NCBI GenBank assembly: GCA_002727275.1 | Contig: PBWO01000034.1 | Coordinates: 19,941-83,940 of the forward strand | DNA length: 64,000 bases | Direction of reading: 5' to 3' | From: Methanobacteriota archaeon | GTDB taxonomy: Archaea; Thermoplasmatota; Poseidoniia; Poseidoniales; Thalassarchaeaceae | In this document: in pieces, positions 46,893 to 57,200 of the stretch | How positions within the stretch are numbered: position 1 is the first letter of the stretch | How the letters are laid out: every line of letters begins with the position of its first letter | Made by a program: the position numbers and the translations under genes | The notes under the pieces: generated by a model | Database searches by the model: none | Told to the model about the DNA's origin: nothing | The model's input: the letters and a program-made list of their open reading frames with translations, nothing else

Positions 46893-47438
46893 GTGGACGC
46901 GGAGAGAATCTTACTAATCGGAGCTGCTGTTGCTACAGTGGCCTTTGTCGTAGTTGCACTATACCAGCCCGAGGCTTTGGAACCAGGGCCAGACTGGGAG
47001 GTATCCGATGGTTGCTTGGGCGGCTTGGAGCATAGTGATGTAGGAATTTCTTACCATTATCATCCCAATCTGAAAGTCATAGTGGATGGTCAGCAATTAT
47101 CTATTCCAGAAAATACAGGGATAGATCAGTTCGGATGCAAGGAAGGCATGAGGTGGATCCACGTCCATGATTCCACTAGTAGTGGATTCACAAAATTACA
47201 TATTGAGACCCCTAGCAAGTACAATGTTCCACTAGGTGCTTTCTTTGAGATATGGGAGAGGGAAGGCGGACCATCTCTAACTGCTGACAGAGAGTTCGAT
47301 ATAGACAGAAACGGAATTTCTGATTGGGAAGAGTATGACATCAGTATGAATGTCAATGGAGACTCAAGTGATAAGTTTGAGAAATATATCATGGATGATA
47401 ATGATCAGATTGAACTAATTCTAACATCGAAGAGTTAG
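46893..47438 (+). CDS. Membrane-anchored/secreted hypothetical protein with His-rich motifs
   Basis: N-terminal TM ILLIGAAVATVAFVVVAL. YHYHPNLKVIVDGQQLSIPENTGI...WIHVHDSTSSGFTKLHIE resembles an uncharacterised conserved secreted family. DRNGISDWEE is an EF-hand-like loop. Confidence 0.5.
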   Translation: MDAERILLIGAAVATVAFVVVALYQPEALEPGPDWEVSDGCLGGLEHSDVGISYHYHPNLKVIVDGQQLSIPENTGIDQFGCKEGMRWIHVHDSTSSGFTKLHIETPSKYNVPLGAFFEIWEREGGPSLTADREFDIDRNGISDWEEYDISMNVNGDSSDKFEKYIMDDNDQIELILTSKS

Positions 47439-48937
47439 CCCTTAATCACGGCCAGTGGCCTAAGTCGAGCTACTGGTCTAGCTAGCCCCGCTTTCTCAGT
47501 CAATTTGACTACATCATCGACATCCTTGTATGCCTCAGGGGCCTCTTCAGAAAGGACGTTTGGAGTCTTAGCCCTGACATGGACTCCTTGCTGCTCAAGA
47601 CGACTCATCAATTCCTCTGCATCCACATTCTTTCTCGCAGCGGTCCTAGAGAGCTGCCTGCCTGCACCGTGGCAAGAAGATGAGAACGCATCGTTGCCAC
47701 CCTTGGTAGGGCCTGCGAGAACCCATGAAGCAGTTCCCATGTCTCCAGGCACTAGGACCGGCTGCCCTACAGATGAGAATCTAGTTGCAAGCTCTGGATG
47801 ATCCCCTCCTAGGGCCCGAGTTGCACCTTTACGATGGACGCAGCACTTGCATGACTTACCATGCACCATGTGATCCTCGACCTTGGCGATGTTGTGACTG
47901 ACATCGTAGACCACATCGAGCTCTCCATCAGGCCCCAAATGTTCCCTCAGCACACTTCTTAGCCTCTGCGTCAGGGCGGAGCGGTTGGCAAAGGCATAGT
48001 TGCCCGCTGCCCTCATAGCGTCAAGATAGGACTCTCCCTCGCGGCTGAATATCGGGGCTGCTGCAAGTTGCCTATCTCTGAGGCGATATCCCCACTCAGG
48101 GGCAACCCAGCTATTTCCTGAACGATTGTACTTCGATTCGATGGCTGCGACATGCTCGCTACAGACTTGATGCCCCAGTCCTCTCGAGCCGGTGTGAATC
48201 ATCGCAGTAATCTGCCCTTCCCGAAGGCCGTATGCCGCAGCTGCGAACGGGTCCACTACTCGATCGACTACTTGCAACTCTAGGAAGTGATTGCCAGAGC
48301 CCAGAGTGCCTAGGGCTTTCATGCCCCTTTTCACGGCCCTCTCACCAACTCCACGCTCTTCGCTATTTAGCCGACCGTTGGATTCGATGACCTCCAGATC
48401 TCGATACTCTCCCCAGCCCAATTCGACCGCGGCACCGGCACCACTGCTGAGGATGGAATCCATCTTCGTACCATCTAATCCTACTCCTCCCTTGCTGGAT
48501 GCGCCTGCAGGAACCTCTCTGGCTAACATTCCGGCGAGGGCCTTTGAATCGATATCTTTGAGCTCAACATCCATCGAACATAGACGTACTCCGCAGTTAA
48601 TATCGAAACCAACTCCTCCGGGAGATATGGCACCACCCAATTCTCCCGCTTCGATATCCGTGGCGACTACACCGCCGATTGGAAAACCGTAGCCGAAGTG
48701 CCAGTCAGCCATGGCCCATGCTTCACCGACTATTCCAGGCATTCCTGCCGTGTTACACAACTGCTCAGGACTGCGATCGTCAGTATGTACTGCCAAGTGC
48801 TCAGCATCTGCAATCAGCAACGCGTCAGTCAACATCTCTCCGTGCTTTGAGATGCGCATCCTTCCATCAATATCGGAACTCAGATGCTCGCGCCACGAAG
48901 CACTCATGTGTGATTCGTGAGGCACCTTCAATTTCAA
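47435..48937 (-). CDS. rtcB: RNA-splicing ligase RtcB (3'-phosphate/5'-hydroxyl RNA ligase)
   Basis: MPGIVGEAWAMADWHFGYGFPIGGV, GGVGFDINCGVR, GSGNHFLE, IHTGSRGLGHQV, SSSCHGAGR (nucleotidyl-His), C-terminal PLAVIKG. No intein. TAA stop. Confidence 0.95.
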   Translation of the reverse strand: MKLKVPHESHMSASWREHLSSDIDGRMRISKHGEMLTDALLIADAEHLAVHTDDRSPEQLCNTAGMPGIVGEAWAMADWHFGYGFPIGGVVATDIEAGELGGAISPGGVGFDINCGVRLCSMDVELKDIDSKALAGMLAREVPAGASSKGGVGLDGTKMDSILSSGAGAAVELGWGEYRDLEVIESNGRLNSEERGVGERAVKRGMKALGTLGSGNHFLELQVVDRVVDPFAAAAYGLREGQITAMIHTGSRGLGHQVCSEHVAAIESKYNRSGNSWVAPEWGYRLRDRQLAAAPIFSREGESYLDAMRAAGNYAFANRSALTQRLRSVLREHLGPDGELDVVYDVSHNIAKVEDHMVHGKSCKCCVHRKGATRALGGDHPELATRFSSVGQPVLVPGDMGTASWVLAGPTKGGNDAFSSSCHGAGRQLSRTAARKNVDAEELMSRLEQQGVHVRAKTPNVLSEEAPEAYKDVDDVVKLTEKAGLARPVARLRPLAVIKG

Positions 48938-49038
48938 CGCGCCGTAAACTCAGCGAGCGATAGATATGTCTGATGGGTACGATTTTGACAATCGCTTTCA
49001 AGTCGTGGCATTGAATCGGTGAGCATAGAGGTGACAGC

Positions 49039-51897
49039 GTGGCGTTCGGAGAGATTCACATCCCTTACTGGGAAGAAGCCGGATTCATTCGTAGAACTTG
49101 CAGAGTCACCGACCAATTCTTCTGGACTAGAGATCCTGTCAGAGAGACTTGTGGAGACTCCATTGAGGACCCTTACACCTTCATCGGCAAACCAATAATC
49201 GAAGGCTTCCCTATGCGCGGGAAAGCACTCAAAGATGCTATGCGAGAAATGTTCCTCAATTTCTTTGAGCAGCGTAATCATGAGCGCGTCTCAGCATATC
49301 CTGTAATTGCCAGATGGCGCGAAGATATTCACCTAACAATCGCTTCAATCGCTGATTTCCAACCACATGTGACCAGCGGGATGGTGCCTCCACCTGCCAA
49401 TCCACTAGGAATCTCACAGCCTTGTATCAGACTTACTGATGTTGCCGCAGTGGGACGTTCTGGTCGCCACCTGTCAACATTCGAGATGATGGCCCATCAC
49501 GCCTTCAACCGGCCTAAGGATGGTGATGTGGTGTATTGGATTGACCAATGTGTTCGCTACTGCGACGAGATGCTCTGCGAGCACCTCGGCATCGATCCAA
49601 CTGAGATTACATATCTTGAGAATCCGTGGTCTGGAGGAGGTAATGCCGGACCTGCCTTAGAAGTCATCGTAGGTGGACTTGAACTCGCGACACTCGTGTT
49701 CATGAATCTAGAAGAGCATGAGGGCGGAGATGTCGAGATTAAGGGACTGAAGTACAGAGAGATGGACTTGCAGATTATCGATACCGGATATGGTTTGGAG
49801 AGATTCTGCTGGGCAGCAGCCGGAACACCCACCATATACGAGGCAATCTACCCTGAATCGGTAGATTGGCTCAAGTCATTAGCCGGATTTGACGAGATGG
49901 TTTCTGGGCTAGAGTTGTCTGTCGAGACAGACACTCTCCTTGGAGAATTGTCTAGATTGGCCGGGATTCTCAATATAGATGTGGGGACTGATGTTGAATC
50001 TCTTTATTCGATCCTTTCACAGCGCCTAGTAGATTCGGGCTTGGATATATCAGTGGAGGAATTGAAACGACTCACTGAGCCGCTTTCAGGCATTTATGCA
50101 ATTCCCGACCATATGCATGCGATTTGCAACATGCTAGGGGACGGATTGGTCCCCAGCAATGCTAAGGCCGGCTATCTCGCTCGTATGCTCTCTCGTAGAG
50201 TTTGTAGGATGAAGGATGATTTGGGTCTAGATGTTTCACTCGCCGAACTTGCCGCCCATCATATCGACACCCATCTGGACTATTCTGGATTTGTCCAATC
50301 CCGCGAGGGAACTCTGGCAATTCTCACTTTAGAAGAGCAGCGCTATCATGAGATGCTGCGCAAGGGCGAGGCTGCCGTGAGGACCGCTTTGAGGGGCCTT
50401 TCTCAGGATGCCAAGGAAGCACCGGATGAGACTCTTTTCCGACTTGCTGAGGAGAGGGGGCTGAATCCCGACATGGTCGCATCTATCGCCAATGGTGCAG
50501 GATGGAAACAATTGGGGGTGAGAGTCGGATTCGCCGCCGATATGGCGGCCAGAAACGCCGAGCGAACCAAAGCAGCTGCTTCATCGAGAGGGCACAGTGA
50601 TTTATTTGAGTCCGAAGAATTGCCTGCCACATCGCTCGATTTCTATCAAGATACCAGTCTGACCTCTTTCGACGCCTCAGTTCTAGGGTGTAAAGAGCTC
50701 ACTAAGGGTCAGTTGGGGGCACTCAACTTATCCCCTGAAGTCAGTATAAATCCGACACATTTTGTCGTTCTCGACCGAACGCTTTTCTATCCTGAAGGAG
50801 GAGGTCAGTTGGGCGACCAAGGAACATTGGGGGGAGTCAATGTCGCCGACACTAGAATAGAGAACGGAGTCGTTTACCACCTAACGGATGGTCCAGTTTC
50901 AGGCTCCACATCCGGTCAAGTCGATTGGCTTAGGCGAAGACAGTTAATGGATCACCATACTGCTGTGCATATTGTGGGGGGCAGCGCTAGGGCACTCCTA
51001 GGGCCTCATGTATGGCAGGCAGGCTCGAACAAGGGCGAGCGCTATGCCAGAATCGACCTGACACACTATCAACGTCTCACGAGGGACGATCTAGACAACA
51101 TAGAGGACTACGCAAATGGAATCATTGCCGCTGATCCCGCCGTTGAGAAGATTGTCCTGGATAGGGCTGAGGCGGACTCCCGTTTCGGCTTTGAGTTTTA
51201 TCAGGGAGGCCCTCCTAAACACAGGGAAATCCGAATCATCAGAATCGGCGATTACGACGTCCAAGCTTGTGGAGGTACGCATCACGACAAAGCAGGCGAA
51301 GTCGAGGAGATTCGCATAATTAGGTCCAGTCAAGTCCAAGACGGGGTCGAGCGTCTGCAAATCGTGGCAGGAGAGACCGCGCGCGAGCACGCCCGGGCGC
51401 AAGAGCGCCTTCTAGCTGAATCCAGCGAAGTCCTAGGAGTCTCTCCAGAAGACCTACCTGGGGCGGTTTCGCGATTCTTTGAAGAATGGAAATCTCAGCA
51501 GAAGAAGATTGAGTCACTTGAGGCTGAAATCGTTAGGTTGCGAACCAGTGGAGGGGGCGACGGCGCTGTCGAGAAAGAAGGAATCAGATATGCAGTCATG
51601 GAGGTCGGAGGAGATATCAAGGCCCTGATGGCTATGCTAGGACAATTAACTCGGGACCCTCAGAAACCTACCTTGGCTGTTCTGGGCACTAGGGACGGCG
51701 GGGGCAAGATAATTGTCGCAAGCACCGAAGGAACAAGTGCAGCCGCGAAGCACGACGCCACTGAGATTCTCAGAGCGATTTCAGGACATATCAACGGTGG
51801 TGGCGGAGGCAGCCCTACTATGGCTCAGGGTGGAGGCTCTAATCCCGATGGGATTCCAGCGGCACTAGATGCAGCACGTGAATTGCTCGGGTTGTGA
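49039..51897 (+). CDS. alaS: Alanine--tRNA ligase, archaeal type
   Basis: N-terminal ...WEEAGFIRRTC...FWTRDPVRETCGD...YTFIGKP. Editing-domain HHTAVHIV and CGGTHH motifs. C-terminal DHHA1-like GGGGGSPTMAQGGG. Confidence 0.9.
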   Translation: MAFGEIHIPYWEEAGFIRRTCRVTDQFFWTRDPVRETCGDSIEDPYTFIGKPIIEGFPMRGKALKDAMREMFLNFFEQRNHERVSAYPVIARWREDIHLTIASIADFQPHVTSGMVPPPANPLGISQPCIRLTDVAAVGRSGRHLSTFEMMAHHAFNRPKDGDVVYWIDQCVRYCDEMLCEHLGIDPTEITYLENPWSGGGNAGPALEVIVGGLELATLVFMNLEEHEGGDVEIKGLKYREMDLQIIDTGYGLERFCWAAAGTPTIYEAIYPESVDWLKSLAGFDEMVSGLELSVETDTLLGELSRLAGILNIDVGTDVESLYSILSQRLVDSGLDISVEELKRLTEPLSGIYAIPDHMHAICNMLGDGLVPSNAKAGYLARMLSRRVCRMKDDLGLDVSLAELAAHHIDTHLDYSGFVQSREGTLAILTLEEQRYHEMLRKGEAAVRTALRGLSQDAKEAPDETLFRLAEERGLNPDMVASIANGAGWKQLGVRVGFAADMAARNAERTKAAASSRGHSDLFESEELPATSLDFYQDTSLTSFDASVLGCKELTKGQLGALNLSPEVSINPTHFVVLDRTLFYPEGGGQLGDQGTLGGVNVADTRIENGVVYHLTDGPVSGSTSGQVDWLRRRQLMDHHTAVHIVGGSARALLGPHVWQAGSNKGERYARIDLTHYQRLTRDDLDNIEDYANGIIAADPAVEKIVLDRAEADSRFGFEFYQGGPPKHREIRIIRIGDYDVQACGGTHHDKAGEVEEIRIIRSSQVQDGVERLQIVAGETAREHARAQERLLAESSEVLGVSPEDLPGAVSRFFEEWKSQQKKIESLEAEIVRLRTSGGGDGAVEKEGIRYAVMEVGGDIKALMAMLGQLTRDPQKPTLAVLGTRDGGGKIIVASTEGTSAAAKHDATEILRAISGHINGGGGGSPTMAQGGGSNPDGIPAALDAARELLGL

Positions 51898-51901
51898 GTA
51901 T

Positions 51902-52309
51902 ATGCCCAAACGCGTAGACGTCTCAAAGCGCGCTGCTGCCATCGAGTATGCAATCAGGGATGTTGTAGTCCCTGCAGAGGAATTGGAGAGGCAAGGCCAC
52001 GAGATAATCCGACTCAATATCGGCGATCCCTTGGCCTACGATGGTCTTCCAACACCCAATCACATGATTGCAGCATACAAGCAAGCTCTCGATTCTCAAG
52101 ATAATGGCTATGGTCCATCATACGGCCTACCTGAACTCCGCCAAGCGATAGCCGAAGCGGAGACCGGCAAGGGATGGTCTTGCTCAGAGTATGATGTCTA
52201 TGTGACTCATGGAGTGACAGAGGCACTGCAGATTATCTTCGCTGCGTTTCTAGAAGAGGGCACCAAAGTACTGGCACCCGGGCCACACTATCCTCCCTAC
52301 ATGGCATAA
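51902..52309 (+). CDS. Class I PLP aminotransferase (alanine/aspartate aminotransferase type), N-terminal 135 codons, ended by an in-frame TAA
   Basis: Starts 4 nt after the alaS stop. IRLNIGDP, YGPSYGLPELRQAIA, VTHGVTEAL, APGPHYPPYMA, then TAA at 52307-52309. Confidence 0.8.
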   Translation: MPKRVDVSKRAAAIEYAIRDVVVPAEELERQGHEIIRLNIGDPLAYDGLPTPNHMIAAYKQALDSQDNGYGPSYGLPELRQAIAEAETGKGWSCSEYDVYVTHGVTEALQIIFAAFLEEGTKVLAPGPHYPPYMA

Positions 52310-53101
52310 CCGCAGATGTACGGTGGAACTACAGTAGAGTACCGCCTCGATCCGAATGACAACTGGCGAATCGACTTAGATGACATTGCTTCGAAGATGG
52401 ACGACAGCGTACGTCTTCTAGTTTTGATTAATCCTAACAACCCGACTGGAAATGTTGCAACACCGGATGAGATCGATGCACTGCTCGATATAGTACGCGA
52501 TTACCCACAATGTACAATCGTCTCGGATGAGATTTACGACGGACTCGATTTTACCGGACAGATGTGCTCTACAGCATCCCGCGCCGACAATGCCCCTGTA
52601 ATCACTCTAAACGGCGTCTCAAAGGTTTACTTCGCACCCGGTTGGCGCATTGGCTACATGGCTTGGCACGACCCTGAGGGAAGACTCTCTTTGGTTAGGG
52701 ATGGCGTCGAGCGACTGCTACGGAGCAGACTTTGCGCATCTACTCCGGCCCAGCACGGCTACTTGGCCGGGTTGACTGATGAACATGGCTGGCTTGAGGG
52801 ACATCGCTCCAGAGTCAAGGAAAGACTAGACTATTGCATGAAGAGAATCGAAGACATCGACGGACTAGAGTGCGAGACCCCTGGAGGGGCATTCTACATG
52901 TTCGTTCGAATCACAGACGAAAGGGCAGATTCAGACAAGCAGTGGGTGCTCGACGTGCTGTATCAGCACCATGTGCTAGTAGTCCCCGGAACAGGCTTCT
53001 CTACCGAATATGGTGCAGGGCACTTCAGGATGGTTTGCTTACCTCCGATTGAGACGCTCGCTGAGGCCTTCAACAGAATCGAGAAGTTCCTAGGTGATTG
53101 A
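52310..53101 (+). CDS. Same aminotransferase, in-frame continuation (C-terminal about 263 codons including the PLP lysine)
   Basis: In the same frame as 51902-52309: PQMYGGTTVEYRLD..., LINPNNPTGN, SDEIYD, NGVSKVYFAPGWRIGY (Schiff-base Lys context), RLCASTPAQ, GFS...HFRMV. The track ORF starts at the ATG at 52316. Confidence 0.8.
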   Translation, partial: PQMYGGTTVEYRLDPNDNWRIDLDDIASKMDDSVRLLVLINPNNPTGNVATPDEIDALLDIVRDYPQCTIVSDEIYDGLDFTGQMCSTASRADNAPVITLNGVSKVYFAPGWRIGYMAWHDPEGRLSLVRDGVERLLRSRLCASTPAQHGYLAGLTDEHGWLEGHRSRVKERLDYCMKRIEDIDGLECETPGGAFYMFVRITDERADSDKQWVLDVLYQHHVLVVPGTGFSTEYGAGHFRMVCLPPIETLAEAFNRIEKFLGD

Positions 53102-53104
53102 CCC

Positions 53105-54205
53105 ATGGGATTCTTTGATTCGCTCAGACGAATGATGCCAAGGCGAGCCCCAAGTGACACGAAGTCGAGATGGGCATTTGTAACCGATGGCACCTGTAGG
53201 GATAATCTACGCAATAACGAACCTGCATGGCGTGTAGGGGTGAGTAGATTCGAGTCATTGTTGCAAGGGTTGGAGAAGAGGACAGAGAACAGCCTCGGAA
53301 GACGACTAGCGCATGCTGCTCTCGAACACGAGGAGAGATTCATGAGAATGGGCAATCTGTCCAAACCCTCAGGCCGAGAACCCGCAGCATGGCAAGGATA
53401 CATCTCTGACTGGGAATCTCGAGGCCTAGGTAGATTCAGTCTGTTAGATGGTGAGCAAGATATCAGAATTCTTGCTGAAGCCCCAGCTTCGGGCCCAATT
53501 TGTGCTGGCGCTCTGGCAGCGGCCTGGGAGTGCGCCACTTCCACGCGTCACCGCTTCACTTGGTCAGACGGCTCTAGGGAGGGATTGGTCGTCTCGTTGA
53601 TTGAGCAGCATACTGATGTCCCGGGCCCAAGGCCCGTGAAAGTCCCCTGGCTGACTTCAGCCACAACCGTCTTTGCATCCGATGAAAATCAGGATTACTG
53701 GGCCGACTACCGAGCAGTTGATGGTGGAACTTGGTCGATAATGGGTGAGCGTAAAATGATGATTCATCTCGATCTGATTATGCGCTTTGAAGAGTATTCA
53801 ATACCTTATGTCGAAGACAGTAACTTCGTGAGGTCAGGAGACTACTCTTGGAGTGACATAGGAGGCAAACTTTCACCCTGGTGGAATGCACTAGCAGACA
53901 CAGCCAGAGAAGGGTTTGTTTCAGAAGGCCATCATGTACTCGTACGTGAACACTCAGACTGGATTCAAATAGCTCGTAGGCACCTATCTCCACATGGCCT
54001 TGGGGCGGTCTCCAGGAGTGAGCAAACAGATGCTCATGGCGGAGTCTCACTGGTCTTCTCAGGAATATTTCATCCTGCTATTGCAAGTGGAATCCTACTC
54101 GGCTGTTGGGAGCGAGCATACGGTAGAAATGGCCGAGTACAAATGTCAATTAGTGGCGATGAAGTAACTGTTCAGATATGCCCCTCCAGAGCGTTGGCTG
54201 ATTGA
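53105..54205 (+). CDS. Hypothetical protein (366 aa), possibly two V4R-like small-molecule-binding domains
   Basis: ATG 3 nt after the aminotransferase stop. Two segments (GPICAGALAAAWECATS and HPAIASGILLGCWERAYG) resemble the Cys/Gly-rich V4R signature. This assignment is tentative. Confidence 0.4.
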   Translation: MGFFDSLRRMMPRRAPSDTKSRWAFVTDGTCRDNLRNNEPAWRVGVSRFESLLQGLEKRTENSLGRRLAHAALEHEERFMRMGNLSKPSGREPAAWQGYISDWESRGLGRFSLLDGEQDIRILAEAPASGPICAGALAAAWECATSTRHRFTWSDGSREGLVVSLIEQHTDVPGPRPVKVPWLTSATTVFASDENQDYWADYRAVDGGTWSIMGERKMMIHLDLIMRFEEYSIPYVEDSNFVRSGDYSWSDIGGKLSPWWNALADTAREGFVSEGHHVLVREHSDWIQIARRHLSPHGLGAVSRSEQTDAHGGVSLVFSGIFHPAIASGILLGCWERAYGRNGRVQMSISGDEVTVQICPSRALAD

Positions 54206-54224
54206 CGACTTCCACTCAGCATCC

Positions 54225-57200
54225 GTGAAACATTATATCCGAACCCAATGTCAACAGGACGGCCCCACAGGGGCCGGGTGTGCTCAGATGGCTCTGAATC
54301 ATAACCAATATGCAGTTCTGGCAATTACTGTCACACTTTGCTTGGCAGGATTCTACACAATTATTGATGCCGGGCTTTCTACCACAACCTCTGGCGGTTT
54401 TGAGGAAGCATCTGGTGATATTGAATCATCCTCTGACGAGATTCATCAAGCCGGTCAAGACTTCGATGAAGATGGCCTCCCTGACAGGATGGAACAGACC
54501 CTGTATGGTACCGATTGGAGGACTGCAGACACTGATGATGATGGTATGGATGACGGTTGGGAAATAGCAAACGGCCTCGATCCTCTCGACAACGGTGAGC
54601 CGGACTCTAGCGAGATTCCTTTCGACGAACCCGATAATGAGGATGAGACGGGTGAACAAAATGAGACCTTCCCTAATCCCGACAACGGCCCCTTCGGAGA
54701 TCCTGATAGGGACGGACTAACAAACACTGAGGAGATGCTATTGGGGACAAACCCCAACCTAAGAGATACCGATGGCGATGGCCTAAACGATCGCTGGGAG
54801 TCAGAATACACCTATGAAATCGAAACACCTTCTGGAAACATCATGTTGTTAGATCCACTGAATGGTAATTGGGATTGCTATCTTTTGACTCCTGAACGCA
54901 AGGCGGAGATTCAGAACGATATCGGACTTTCAGAGTGGAATTCAATGGAAAACAGTCAGTTCGGGCACTCTTGTGATGCTATTTTGGATCTTGAACAGCC
55001 TCAGCCAGACAGCCTCAGAAACTACGTTGAGGAGAGGTACAACACAAATCCTCTCGACGAGGATAGTGATGGCGACTTAATCCCTGATCGTTATGAGGTA
55101 GCATTTGGGCAAGTCGAAGTTGGAGTCCACTGCGGAGTTCCTCTATTCCAGACAATTCTAATTCAGTCACCATATACTGAATTGATGAGTGGCCATGGCG
55201 ATATGACGTGGTTTGAAGAGGACATGGATAGCGATGGAAAGCTCAACGGCCCTGGAGACTGGGATACCGATGGTGATGGGATGCCAGACGGCTTCGAATA
55301 TTGCTATGCTTACGATGATGAAGGTAAGAGATTCCTAAATCCAGCCAACGCTACTGATGCTTATGGCGATCGTGATGAGGACGGCCTGAATAATTTGGAT
55401 GAGTACGAGGTCGCCTATACATGGGGGGAGGAGAACTTCACCAGTCCATTGGACGAAGATACAGACGGCGACAAAATGCCTGATGGCTGGGAACACATGA
55501 ATGGCATTCACCCTAATCTCGGAAATGCAGAAGATGATCCAGACTTCGACGGTTATGATGCCGATGGCGATGGTGGCGTCAGATATACCGAACTTCTGGG
55601 AGTCACAACCGTGCATTCTATTTCGGTCGAATTAGGCGACAGGGTTCAGGCAAACAACACAATCCTGTGGGTCAGAACAGTTCAGAATAGTCAGTACGTC
55701 AATATCCCAATCAAGACCAATATCGCTGGAACTGTCTATTCGATAAATGTCGAAATTGGAGATGAGGTCGTCAGTCGTCTGCAAGACCTAGCAGTAGTCG
55801 TTGAGGATAGCGAGCGCTTCACTAATTTGGATGAGTACAACGCAAGGGATCGCGACTCTGATGGTTTTGTCGACGGTAGATCCACTGATCCTCTAGTTGC
55901 TGACACCGATGGCGATGGTCTAATTGATGGGATTGAAGTAATCGGATGGACAATCAAGATAGTCGATCAGGGTGTCAGACATGTTCACGTCCGTAGCGAT
56001 CCCGGTACTTTCGATACCGACAAAGATGGATTGTCTGATGCCGATGAATACTATGTGTACTTCACTAACGCAACTGACCGCGACACAGATAGTGACGGGT
56101 TGGAAGATTTCACCGAGGTACTGGATGGATTCATTTGGAATGGAACACAGTACTATACCAATGCATCCTCTCATGATACCGACCTAGATGGGTTGGCAGA
56201 TGGCGAGGAAGTTGTAGACGGAGAAGATCAGTACATCACTCACGCAAACAATGCAGACAGTGATGGCGACGGCCTTTTCGATGGCAACGAGGTTCTGAAC
56301 ATTCCTCGGCCATGGCAAGGTGCAACCAATCCTTTGAACAATGATACTGATGAGGATGGCCAACCAGATGGTTGGGAAATGCAAGTCTTTTCTGTGCAGC
56401 ACAACACCCGTAGCCACAGCCTATGGATTTCAGTTACCAATTGGCTACCTCCTGGATGTGACTCAATGTTTGAATGTGGCTTGGGTCCCGGAGGATGGGT
56501 CTGGAGTAACTACCTCGGAGGTTTCTCAACTTCCGGAGACAGAGATGGCGATGGCGATATGGACCCCAAGTACTTCCTTCATGAGATGAATCTCTCTGGA
56601 TTCACTATTCCAGCAAATGGCCGCTGGGCATTAGATCCTTCATGGGGTTCACTCCCGGACTCCTCCTTCGATATCGACAATGACACTTTGATGAATTCGT
56701 TAGAAGCTCCTGATCGCTGGGACACCAATCCTGTGGATGATGATACTGATGGGGATAAGCTTCCAGACGGTTGGGAGGTTCAATACTCGGAATTGGCCCT
56801 CAGTTTAGGTCTCGTAGACAACAACACGCTAGGGGCAGTTGGAGCCAGAGGCCCCATGGATCCTAAGATGGATGATTCCGATGTTGATGGTATCAATGAT
56901 GGACAAGAGGACTTTGACGATGATGGACTAAATCGTACACACCTCCTCAATAGGTACTGTCCAGGATGGAATAATCCTCAGATGTCTGAGTGCCACATTG
57001 ACCCCGTAACTGAGGAAGGAAACTCATTCTATGATGACCTTGAGAACTACACTAATTTCGAGGAATTCCAGAACGGTACTAATCCTGTCGACCCCGACTC
57101 TGATGGCGACCAATGGCTAGATGGCTCCGAAGTTTATCACCAAGATCAAGATAACGATGGAATGTGGGCTGGCTGGGAGTACTACTTCGGCTTCGACCCA

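Noticed and set aside
48934-49281. 115-aa minus-strand ORF upstream of rtcB, overlapping the alaS 5' end
   Set aside because: The plus-strand frame encodes the conserved archaeal AlaRS N-terminus (WEEAGFIRR...FWTRDP..ETCGD..YTFIGKP), so the minus ORF is spurious.
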